Origin: a virus
Length of the DNA: 30,441 nucleotides
Reading direction: 5' to 3' (one strand)
Virus record (IMG/VR): IMGVR_UViG_3300007352_000398
The notes under the pieces were generated by a model, which saw only the letters and a program-made list of their open reading frames with translations, ran no database searches and was not told the DNA's origin. Of the stretch, positions 15,874 to 24,316 are shown in pieces; position 1 is the first letter of the stretch; each line of letters starts with the position of its first letter. The translations under genes and the position numbers were made by a program.

Positions 15874-16591
15874 TTATCTCCTTATCCATCTCTTCAATAC
15901 TTTCATCTAAATTGACTGAAGTTTCACTGTCCTCACTATTAAACTCAAATTCAGTAATATTTACTACGCCTGCGTCATACTCCGCAATATACATGTTGCG
16001 AAGGTTTCGAAGATGCTGTAATACAATATCTCTATAACACATGTCGCATAAAACCCCTATTTCTTTTGGTGCAACAGTAGAGAAACAGATTTGTTTGTAA
16101 AGACTTGGCCCATGATTTACCAACTTTTTTGATAAATCTAATGAAACAAATCTTAACTTTTCAGTGTTATCAATATCGCAATTATTACATTTCGCACCGT
16201 ATCGCTGTAAGGCATCATATTTTGTAAATACTACGCGATCCAAACAAACCTGACAGATAACTCCCAAAGTATCGATATCTTTATCACAAACTCGACATCG
16301 TTGATTTTGTATATTAATTTGCAGTGAATTATTTTTTAATTTTGATCGAACGTCATTATTTTTAGTTCGACAATCGTTACAGTATTTACTATTTCCAATT
16401 AGTGAGTTAACCCCACACTGAACACATAAACTTGCACTTACGCGCTCGTCTTGCTTTGCACGCTTTTGTTCTAAAAATTTGTAATGGCAATCACCACATC
16501 TAACTTCAGAGGGGCTATCTCCTCGGGGCTGTCCGCATTTTACACACATGCCCTGAGATTTTAGTTCATAATACTTATCTTTAGATACCAC
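15866..16591 (-). CDS. Multi-CxxC zinc-ribbon protein
   Basis: Eight CxxC pairs. GTG 16591 (6 nt after TATACT) is preferred over ATG 16612. Confidence 0.75.
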   Translation of the reverse strand: MVSKDKYYELKSQGMCVKCGQPRGDSPSEVRCGDCHYKFLEQKRAKQDERVSASLCVQCGVNSLIGNSKYCNDCRTKNNDVRSKLKNNSLQINIQNQRCRVCDKDIDTLGVICQVCLDRVVFTKYDALQRYGAKCNNCDIDNTEKLRFVSLDLSKKLVNHGPSLYKQICFSTVAPKEIGVLCDMCYRDIVLQHLRNLRNMYIAEYDAGVVNITEFEFNSEDSETSVNLDESIEEMDKEINE

Positions 16592-16647
16592 ATGCACAGT
16601 ATAAAGAATCATCTAGACACTACAATCAAGTGGACTAAACTAATATA

Positions 16648-17223
16648 ATGGCACTTTTTGCTGGTATCGACAATGAAATTGCATATAAAACGACTTTATA
16701 TATATTACATACGTATGCACAAGTAATATTCTCCGAAGACCCGCCGACTATCCTTCCTAAAATCAGATTTAAAAAGTTAAAATCAACTTTAATTAACATT
16801 TCTAAAACGTTGCAATCCTTCTCAAAGGATAAAGATCCTCCTCGATACGAACTATTAACAAAGGTGAAGTTACAATTATCGGAGTGGCAGTCTTATCTCA
16901 CATCATTAGTTCCCTTCTGTTCAATCGTTCAAACCCTTCACACCATATCGTCTTATCAACATTTAATAGACTCTTACCTTCACATTATTTTGCGCATGTC
17001 AAGGATGAACTGTGAGTGGTGTCACACCAAACTAGTTGATCTGTCATGGCCTTCAATGCTAGAAAATATCCTCTATATAAGAGTACCAGCCGCCTTCGTC
17101 CAACACCTACTTAGTCAAGAAACAGTTCCGGACTTAACATCCGAACACTTAGACATACTAGAAGCTAGCTACAATGCAGTATGGCGGACGTTAGATGCGA
17201 GTCAAAAAAATAATCCATCTTGA
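16648..17223 (+). CDS. Hypothetical protein
   Basis: 191-aa ORF overlapping the dinB start. TAAACT lies 6 nt upstream. Confidence 0.65.
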   Translation: MALFAGIDNEIAYKTTLYILHTYAQVIFSEDPPTILPKIRFKKLKSTLINISKTLQSFSKDKDPPRYELLTKVKLQLSEWQSYLTSLVPFCSIVQTLHTISSYQHLIDSYLHIILRMSRMNCEWCHTKLVDLSWPSMLENILYIRVPAAFVQHLLSQETVPDLTSEHLDILEASYNAVWRTLDASQKNNPS

Positions 17224-18274
17224 TATCGATGCATTTTTCGCAGCTGTCGAACAAAGAGATAACCCCCACCTCAAAAATAAGCCAGTTATTGTTGGAGGAG
17301 TTAGTAGTGGAAGAGGAGTTGTTTCAACGGCCTCCTATGAAGCCAGAAGCTTTGGAATTCATTCTGGAATGCCTACGTATCGAGCTAAAAAACTTTGTCC
17401 TCACGGTTACTTTGTTGAACCAAATTTCGATAAGTACCAGCAGACTAGTAATACTGTTTATGACATATTTTACAGTTATACTGACACTGTTGAGGCAGCA
17501 GGTCTTGATGAAGCCTATTTAGATGTCACAGTTAATAAAAAAGGTATACCAAGTGCAACGTGGATAGCGCAAGACATCCGCTATGACGTTTATAAGCAAA
17601 CTGGTCTAACCATATCGGCTGGTATTAGTAGTAACAAACTAATATCTAAGATAGCAAGTGACTTTTGTAAGCCGAATAATTTTCTAACCATACCCCCAGA
17701 AAATGCACAAGCATTTTTGGCCGATCTGCCTGTGAGGAAAATCCCAGGGATAGGTCCGGTCACAGAAAGTAATTGTTTTCGCTATAACATTAGAAAAATT
17801 AGTGATTTTCTTAAGATTGACTTTGGTATCCTATCGGCGTGGTTCGGAACTTCTGCTGAATATTTTGTTACGTGTGCACTGGGAATAGATACGCGCGAAC
17901 TTTCTACAGAGAATGTGCCAAAAAGTTATAGTATTGAAGACACTCTTCCTCACGATATTGTAGGTGTGGAGCCGGCAAAAGAAATTTTATGTGATCTATC
18001 AAATCGTTTAGTAAAAAAATTACGGTTAGATAATATTTTTGGAAAAACCATAACACTAAAAGTAAAATATCACGACTTTCAATCAATAACAAGACGGTTA
18101 ACTCTAGAAGCACCTACACAAGATTTTCAAACAATATTTGACACAGCTTGTAGTCTTTTGAATACAACCGAAATTACTACCACGCCTGTCAGATTACTTG
18201 GTATTGGAGTCACACAGTTATTTTTCTATGATCAAGACGAATTACCACCCTTTCAGCCAAAGCTATTTGATTGA
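17195..18274 (+). CDS. dinB: DNA polymerase IV (Y family)
   Basis: IIHLDIDAFFAAVE, RGVVSTASYEAR.FG, GLDEAYLDVT, KIASD..KP, IPGIG, VRLLGIGV. Confidence 0.96.
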   Translation: MRVKKIIHLDIDAFFAAVEQRDNPHLKNKPVIVGGVSSGRGVVSTASYEARSFGIHSGMPTYRAKKLCPHGYFVEPNFDKYQQTSNTVYDIFYSYTDTVEAAGLDEAYLDVTVNKKGIPSATWIAQDIRYDVYKQTGLTISAGISSNKLISKIASDFCKPNNFLTIPPENAQAFLADLPVRKIPGIGPVTESNCFRYNIRKISDFLKIDFGILSAWFGTSAEYFVTCALGIDTRELSTENVPKSYSIEDTLPHDIVGVEPAKEILCDLSNRLVKKLRLDNIFGKTITLKVKYHDFQSITRRLTLEAPTQDFQTIFDTACSLLNTTEITTTPVRLLGIGVTQLFFYDQDELPPFQPKLFD

Positions 18275-18286
18275 TATAATAGTTCT

Positions 18287-18481
18287 ATGAGTTATCAATG
18301 GTGGGCACTACTTATTTTTGGAATATATGCAGGGTACCACCTCAAGGTCTTAGCTAGTAAGGATCCAAAAAGCACACTCGTCGGCCTCGATAGTGGAGTG
18401 ATTATTGGATCCCTTCTTTATTTTATCGGTCGTATTATTCAATTAAATCAAGAAGCGTCTAAATCATTAGAAAAAAAGTAG
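18287..18481 (+). CDS. Small two-helix membrane protein
   Basis: Two hydrophobic segments. TATAAT lies 6 nt upstream of the ATG. Confidence 0.6.
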   Translation: MSYQWWALLIFGIYAGYHLKVLASKDPKSTLVGLDSGVIIGSLLYFIGRIIQLNQEASKSLEKK

Positions 18482-19398
18482 TCTGCTTCGTAAAATTTAA
18501 ACCCACACCGCTCAGCAAAAGTTCGGTCAGTTGTCATATCACCAACAAAAATTGTTTCCGAAGGATTCAGTTTATATTTTTCGATGAACTCAATGCCGAA
18601 ACCAGGCATAGGTTTACGACAGAAGCAACTTATAGGAAAAGAACCGTGTGGGCAAAATCGATAATCAATTTCTACACCCAATAGTGCATTAGTTCTTTCG
18701 AAACAAGCGTCCGCAATTTCACGAGTGAGTTTCTTTTTTGCGATGCCAGATTGATTACTAATACCTAACAACAGATATCCATTTTGTTTATATCTCTGAA
18801 TTACTTCTCGCCGACCGTCTATAACTTGAATATCGTCGGGACTAGCTGGATAAATTTCCCCACTTTTAGTTTTACGAAGTGTGCCATCGTAATCTAAGAT
18901 TAATGCTTTCTTTGAATATGATTCATCATATTTCCGAATAAACGGAACTGTAACCAAGGTATCAAACCCCTCGTCAATTGAAGGCTCCTCAAAAGCTTTT
19001 CTATAAGTAAAAATAACTGTTGCTGGAAAACAGTTTGGATCTGTTTTAGGCATCTCGTCTGGAGAAAGCACTCTCCCATACTTACTAATCATACGCTTGC
19101 ATGCATTTACTTGAGCGTCTTCAGCAGTAGCTTGAAGCCAATGACAAATAATTTTAAATTTGTACTTTTTAGCGATATCAATAAAAGGCTTTCGCTGAGC
19201 CGCAGTTGCAAAGGTGTTATCCAATACGAAGTTGTTGCAACCTTCTTGAATTTTTTTCTCAATATAAGGAACTAAATCCACGATTCTTCCACCGAGAATA
19301 TCTCGGTTCACACGATAATAAGAAGGAAACTCTCTAAGCGCATACGTCGTCTTAGACGATGCAGGAAAACCAATGACTAGCACAATCTCATTAATCAC
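18448..19398 (-). CDS. Polynucleotide kinase/3'-phosphatase-like protein (P-loop kinase plus HAD-IIIA phosphatase)
   Basis: GFPASSKTT P-loop, VNRD, LDNT. HAD motifs DYDGT, SNQSG, RKPMPG, FVGD...D. Confidence 0.85.
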   Translation of the reverse strand: MINEIVLVIGFPASSKTTYALREFPSYYRVNRDILGGRIVDLVPYIEKKIQEGCNNFVLDNTFATAAQRKPFIDIAKKYKFKIICHWLQATAEDAQVNACKRMISKYGRVLSPDEMPKTDPNCFPATVIFTYRKAFEEPSIDEGFDTLVTVPFIRKYDESYSKKALILDYDGTLRKTKSGEIYPASPDDIQVIDGRREVIQRYKQNGYLLLGISNQSGIAKKKLTREIADACFERTNALLGVEIDYRFCPHGSFPISCFCRKPMPGFGIEFIEKYKLNPSETIFVGDMTTDRTFAERCGFKFYEADYFFSNDLDAS

Positions 19399-19514
19399 GC
19401 GTACTTCTCCAAATAAAGTTTTTCGTATCTCTCTGTAAACACAATCGTTTTATTATCGTGTAATTCCTTAATTTGGATTCGATCTAATTAAAAACAAAAT
19501 ACTACTTCGCTCAT
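19395..19514 (-). pseudogene. Possible small gene with a premature TAA (MSEVVFCF*LDRIQ...LEKYA)
   Basis: 40-codon frame whose ATG overlaps the upstream TAA and whose TGA overlaps the downstream GTG. One in-frame TAA at 19490-19488. Confidence 0.35.
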
Positions 19515-20233
19515 TAAAACAACTTCGGAAGCTTCTTACCAAGTTCAATCAACTTACCAAGTAAACTTTCATCCTTTTCTTTCATTTCGGATTTTGACTC
19601 CGCAGTAAGAGTTTGATTCCACGCCCTCAAATAATCTGGATGATCTACGGGCTTCCCTGTTGGCTTAAATGTTTTATCAGGAGCCAAAGTAAGAACAGGC
19701 TGTGGAGGAGGGGTTGGTATAGGACCTGGGGGCGGTGGGACAGAAACAGACGTGCTCACTACTATAGGAGTTACACTATCAGTCTTGGCGTCTTCTTCAG
19801 GAAGATCCTCGAACGCACTACCCAGATGCTGATTATCTTCCTCAGAAGAATCATCTTCGTCACAAGAATAATCTGAATCTACCACATCTTCAGAATCATT
19901 GATTATTGGAGTTACTACCACCGTAGTCTTTGCTACTGCGTCTGGCGAATAATTGTTAGCGTCGCCGCCAGGTGGCACATATAACTGCGCTGTAACCCAT
20001 TGCTGGTTCTCGGTATTCACAAAACTGTGATTCATCCGGGTAAATCCAGGTAAAAACCCGTCAGTGTACAACTGATGCACAACTGCACGCACGTCATCAT
20101 GCCGAATACGGTCTTTGCCAAGACTACGCGTTAATTTAGTAACATCATAAGCAGTAAAACACCGCCCTGGATCCGCCATTAATGATTTGAGAGCACGAAG
20201 CACTAGGGTAACAGCATCATTACTGAGGGGCAT
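19514..20233 (-). CDS. Hypothetical protein with acidic and Pro-rich low-complexity C-terminal half
   Basis: 239-aa ORF with AAGGAG SD and a globular-looking N-terminus (FTAYDVT). Confidence 0.78.
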   Translation of the reverse strand: MPLSNDAVTLVLRALKSLMADPGRCFTAYDVTKLTRSLGKDRIRHDDVRAVVHQLYTDGFLPGFTRMNHSFVNTENQQWVTAQLYVPPGGDANNYSPDAVAKTTVVVTPIINDSEDVVDSDYSCDEDDSSEEDNQHLGSAFEDLPEEDAKTDSVTPIVVSTSVSVPPPPGPIPTPPPQPVLTLAPDKTFKPTGKPVDHPDYLRAWNQTLTAESKSEMKEKDESLLGKLIELGKKLPKLF

Positions 20234-20257
20234 TTGAAACTCCTTTTTAAGTTTAAG

Positions 20258-21532
20258 TTACGATTTAAATTCAACAAGCCATTTCAAATTACACTGGCTA
20301 ATTCTATAGACAATCATTTCATTATTCACGACACTCGACTGTCCGGCTTTGGCAAAACATGAATCGTAGCCTTTAGGAATAGATTGCACTGAATGAGATG
20401 GGATATAATACTTGCCCATTCCAACATCTGCTAAGAACATGTAGCATATATTATCCCGCGACCCACCGTCCCAATATCCATAAGAATAATTCAAACTTTT
20501 CGTACTTTGATCAGAAAAATAGGCTCCGTTACCAAACATTCTACCGGTTACATGCGCAGCATTGGCAGAAGGAATTACTAACCCAGACTTTAAAATTGAA
20601 AGTAGATTAGCGGCTCGGGTGCCATGCCAGAGTTCCCAAATGTTGGAAAGTTTCGCTCCATCATTTTCAAATGCATTTCGCATTGTTTTGATATCGACTG
20701 CGTAGACATTTGCAACACGAAGGTGACTTGAAGCATGCCTATTTTGCAGTGTAGCGCGATAAAGATCGTTTATTCGTGAAATTTGTTTTTTATCATCAAG
20801 CAAAACTAGTTCGACGTTAAAGACTTCCTCTTCATGACCTGCGTCATCGACAACCGGTCTCGAAGCGATTGTTTTAAGAGTAGACTCCATTGAATCAATT
20901 AATGCAGCTTGTCGTTGAATATCGCTATCAGATGTAATAAAAGATTTTTCCCAACCACGACGAGCACCGACTTTTTGGGGAACACACATCAAATATTCAT
21001 TGATATTCTGAATAAATATCTGGGAGTCAATATCCTTCTTATTAATGCAAGTAGAAATAAGAACTAGATGTTTACGTGCGCGATCAAGTGTTTCTTGTGT
21101 TACAGCAACCCCCAAGTCGGTCTTGATAAGACCGCTGGAATCAACAGTAAGCCTGCCTCCGGAGGCAGTAGTAATGTCGTGCCGATTAACTTTGACAAGA
21201 AAATCAATCAACTGATCAACGAGAGGTGAGTTATGTTTAATTTGTTTTTTAGCAACAGTTTTTAATGCAGACCCGTCTACTTTAGAAGTAACAGCACATG
21301 GAGCATCAACAACCTGCATCTCCTTATACCCTTTTTTCTGTTTCTCACGAATTTTGCTATCGATATACTTTTGTCCGACACCAGGAAATGTTTTTGATTG
21401 TCCATCTGCTCCGACTCTCCCCCATCTACAAAGGACATCATTTGTGTCGAACAGTGTAGCCTCCCAAAATTTGTTATTGTTATCCTCGACAGAGGTGAGA
21501 ACTAACATCCGCTTGCTGACTATGGTGGCCAT
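20258..21532 (-). CDS. Poly(ADP-ribose) polymerase-like protein (WGR, helical region and PARP catalytic domain)
   Basis: NNNKFW..WGRVG..KGY WGR domain. Catalytic H-Y-E in LWHGTR, GRMFGNGAYF, NNEMIVY. ATG 21532 lies 6 nt after TATAAT. Confidence 0.92.
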   Translation of the reverse strand: MATIVSKRMLVLTSVEDNNNKFWEATLFDTNDVLCRWGRVGADGQSKTFPGVGQKYIDSKIREKQKKGYKEMQVVDAPCAVTSKVDGSALKTVAKKQIKHNSPLVDQLIDFLVKVNRHDITTASGGRLTVDSSGLIKTDLGVAVTQETLDRARKHLVLISTCINKKDIDSQIFIQNINEYLMCVPQKVGARRGWEKSFITSDSDIQRQAALIDSMESTLKTIASRPVVDDAGHEEEVFNVELVLLDDKKQISRINDLYRATLQNRHASSHLRVANVYAVDIKTMRNAFENDGAKLSNIWELWHGTRAANLLSILKSGLVIPSANAAHVTGRMFGNGAYFSDQSTKSLNYSYGYWDGGSRDNICYMFLADVGMGKYYIPSHSVQSIPKGYDSCFAKAGQSSVVNNEMIVYRISQCNLKWLVEFKS

Positions 21533-21607
21533 TCCTTCATTATAGGCGTATGGCCAAACTAGCAATAGTAAATGCAATTAATGCATCATGTTATGTATAA
21601 TATCATC

Positions 21608-21778
21608 ATGCGTCACACATTTGCCGATCCAGCCACAGTCACATCAACCTCTCCGTCAGTCTCCCCCTCGGACAAAGCGTCAGCAATATTAAATGAAGCA
21701 ACGAGTAAACTTAAAAAGCTGATACTAATTATCGTCCTACTGAGTGCGGGCCTAATACTTTACAAAAAAATGTCCTAA
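21608..21778 (+). CDS. Small C-terminally anchored membrane protein
   Basis: KLKKLILIIVLLSAGLILYKK. ATG 21608 lies 6 nt after TATAAT. Confidence 0.62.
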   Translation: MRHTFADPATVTSTSPSVSPSDKASAILNEATSKLKKLILIIVLLSAGLILYKKMS

Positions 21779-23040
21779 AAATAAACCTCTACGCGCTTCT
21801 TAATTATTTGTTTACGTTCAGGGCCAATAGATAACCAAGTAATAGGAGTGCATAACTCATCTTCTACGAAAGAAACATATTCTTTAATCTCATTTGGAAA
21901 ATCGTCCCATGTTTTAATACTTTGAGAGCTAATTTTAGGGAAAGGCGCAAATTCCTTATAAACCGGTGTTACACAACTCCAATCAAAGAATCGCGAATCC
22001 CTCTGATAATCAATTGCTATCTTCAATGGCTCTATCTCGAATAAAGAATCAAGCTTAGTCATTACTAATTCATCGGTTTCAGTCAAAGCAACAGCATGTT
22101 TTAGTTGATACAAATCTAACCAACCACAACGTCTTGGACGACCAGTGGTTGCGCCGTACTCACTTGCTTGCTCACGTAACCGTGCCGCAAGATCTGTTGG
22201 CATTTCTGTGGGAAAAGGACCAGTGCCTATTCTTGTGGTATAGGCTTTAACCACTCCAACAACATTTTCTACTTCAGAAAGTGGTACGCCCATACTTTGG
22301 GTAATTGCAGTGGTTAAAGTGCTAGTAGACGTAACATAAGGATATGTACCCTGATTAATATCGAGCATCACCCCTTGGGCACCCTCAAATAATATTCTCT
22401 TGCCACTGCCGTATAACTCCCTTTCAACGTCAACCACATATGGATCAAGACGTTCTTTAAACGACATCAGCTCCTTGAATATTTCATCGGGACACAACTT
22501 AGTTGACTCTTGATACCCACTGATGATTGCTTGCTTTTCAATTACATTTACTTCGATGAGTTCGCGTAACCGTTTTTCGTTATACAAATCAACTATTCTT
22601 ATTCCAAATCGGGAAACAAAATCAGCATAACATGGGCCAATCCCACGCTTTGTTGTCCCTATTTTTTCAGTCTTAGCTTCACGAATAGTGTCGATTATTT
22701 TGTGATAAGGCAAAATAAGATGGCATAGATGACTTATCTTAAGATGCGAACAATCAACACCAAGAGTAGTTAACTCATCTATTTCTTTAAATAAAGAGGG
22801 TAGATCAACAATTACTCCGCTACCTATTATGGGAATAACCGTTTTTGTTAAAATACTTGAGGGAATTATGTGTAATACATATTTATGCCCATCAACAATA
22901 ACTGTGTGTCCCGCATTAGGGCCACCATTAAATCGCGCAACGCAATCAAAGTTGGGCGCAAATATATCTAATATCTTCCCTTTGCCCTCATCCCCCCACT
23001 GTAATCCGATAACAGCCGCATGATTTGTTGGTATTCGCAT
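21775..23040 (-). CDS. purA: Adenylosuccinate synthetase
   Basis: GLQWGDEGKGK, GGPNAGHT, IGTTKRGIGP, FEGAQG, GTYPYVTS, EYGATTGRPRRCGWLD. Confidence 0.97.
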   Translation of the reverse strand: MRIPTNHAAVIGLQWGDEGKGKILDIFAPNFDCVARFNGGPNAGHTVIVDGHKYVLHIIPSSILTKTVIPIIGSGVIVDLPSLFKEIDELTTLGVDCSHLKISHLCHLILPYHKIIDTIREAKTEKIGTTKRGIGPCYADFVSRFGIRIVDLYNEKRLRELIEVNVIEKQAIISGYQESTKLCPDEIFKELMSFKERLDPYVVDVERELYGSGKRILFEGAQGVMLDINQGTYPYVTSTSTLTTAITQSMGVPLSEVENVVGVVKAYTTRIGTGPFPTEMPTDLAARLREQASEYGATTGRPRRCGWLDLYQLKHAVALTETDELVMTKLDSLFEIEPLKIAIDYQRDSRFFDWSCVTPVYKEFAPFPKISSQSIKTWDDFPNEIKEYVSFVEDELCTPITWLSIGPERKQIIKKRVEVYF

Positions 23041-23066
23041 GTCTGCATGGTAAACAGCAAGCTTAT

Positions 23067-23726
23067 TCAGTCAACTAAGACTAGTTTAACTTTTTTAATA
23101 CCGGCCATCCACGGCTTGTCTATATCACCTAACCAATCGCTTAGTGTAGGAATTTTTTGGTATGTTCTTAGCACATGCTGCTCCGCAACCTCTCTAGTTG
23201 CAACTACACGCCCGCTGTTATTTAAAATAGATACACCAAAAATATCCTCAACAACATAGATACCAAAAGCATTGTGAAATATAACTCGACCGACACTGCC
23301 ATATTTAAGGGGGTCGTTCATTAACCGATGAATTTCTAAATAATCCTCGACCTTACCCCCAAAATTTTTTGCGCTAATTTCGGCATGTCGTTCACAATTT
23401 AATCCAGGGCGGGTTATCAGTTCATTATCGTGCTTAAATTCTGCTAACCAATCTGTTAATTTAGGCAAAAATCCCAAATCTTCTAAAATATGCTGCTTGG
23501 CCACATCCGTAGTTTCTACCTTCTTACCCTCAATATTTATAAGTTGCTTATCAAATATCCTACAAATAAGCTCAACTCCATAGTCAGAATGATAAATAAT
23601 ACGATGAGACATCTTAGGATGTGCGCTCTTTGATTGATCTATCTTGCAATGAATTTTTTGATAATCGGAAATAGCCCCGCCGAAGTGTCTAACACTGTTT
23701 TCAGCATGATAAACTGGTTTAGCCAT
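23067..23726 (-). CDS. Protein made of two tandem His-rich domains (DUF6915-like)
   Basis: Repeated HAE.S...FGG...DY..IH ... H...G ... VA.QH.L ... P.L.DWL units. Confidence 0.75.
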   Translation of the reverse strand: MAKPVYHAENSVRHFGGAISDYQKIHCKIDQSKSAHPKMSHRIIYHSDYGVELICRIFDKQLINIEGKKVETTDVAKQHILEDLGFLPKLTDWLAEFKHDNELITRPGLNCERHAEISAKNFGGKVEDYLEIHRLMNDPLKYGSVGRVIFHNAFGIYVVEDIFGVSILNNSGRVVATREVAEQHVLRTYQKIPTLSDWLGDIDKPWMAGIKKVKLVLVD

Positions 23727-24267
23727 GCTTTTCTTTCATTTGTGCGACCAAATTTCCTAGTTCATGAATTACGTGAAAATCAGCAGAATAAATTCTATCC
23801 AATCCCGCTGTCAAGGCTATGCATAGATCCCCGGACTCTTTTAAATACGTTGTCGTAAATTTATCAGCCATGTCAATTTCAAGCAAGTTGTCAATGCGAT
23901 CCAAAGCTTTTATGAATTTAATTGGCGTGGGTATTTGACTGAGACGATCAGCTTCTTTTGCTTTTCGCTCCTTGCGCGAAAGCGCAGGATATTTGGTTTT
24001 GGTAAATTCATTAGTCAACATTTCAACGTAAGTGGTGATCTTCTCTCCGAAAACATCAACCATTTCTTGTCGCGTAACCCCTGTATCTTCTAAGACATCA
24101 TGCATAAAGGCGGCAGCAACCAGCTCAGGAGTTGTGCATTCTAAAATCATAGTTCGTCCTGCGACTCTAGCAGGGTGGTATATATAAGGCAACGTATTAT
24201 ATTTACGCTTTTGAGTGCCATGAGCTTCTCGGGCGAAGGTTGCAGCAGTTAAAATAATATTATCCAT
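23719..24267 (-). CDS. HD-domain (p)ppGpp hydrolase-like protein (SpoT/MESH1-type small alarmone hydrolase)
   Basis: FAREAHGTQKRK, PYIYHP, AAFMHDVLEDT, IKALDRIDNL. Confidence 0.85.
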   Translation of the reverse strand: MDNIILTAATFAREAHGTQKRKYNTLPYIYHPARVAGRTMILECTTPELVAAAFMHDVLEDTGVTRQEMVDVFGEKITTYVEMLTNEFTKTKYPALSRKERKAKEADRLSQIPTPIKFIKALDRIDNLLEIDMADKFTTTYLKESGDLCIALTAGLDRIYSADFHVIHELGNLVAQMKEKHG

Positions 24268-24316
24268 AACAAGAGTATACAGTCTTAATAGCCTGTGTCA
24301 CTTTAAAAGTTTTTTA

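Noticed and set aside
21775-23040. PurZ / diaminopurine (Z-genome) pathway, suggested by a PurA homolog near an HD hydrolase
   Set aside because: The catalytic motif is GDEGKGK with Asp as in PurA (PurZ has Ser there), and the HD protein has SpoT/MESH1-type motifs rather than DatZ-type.
8714-23040. Ordinary bacterial chromosome, suggested by rpsA, rpsU, purA and dinB
   Set aside because: These genes lack their usual operon neighbours and are interspersed with orphan ORFs, CCA-less tRNAs, HNH, PARP and Thg1, a mix typical of large phage-like elements. This is not formally excluded without hallmark genes.
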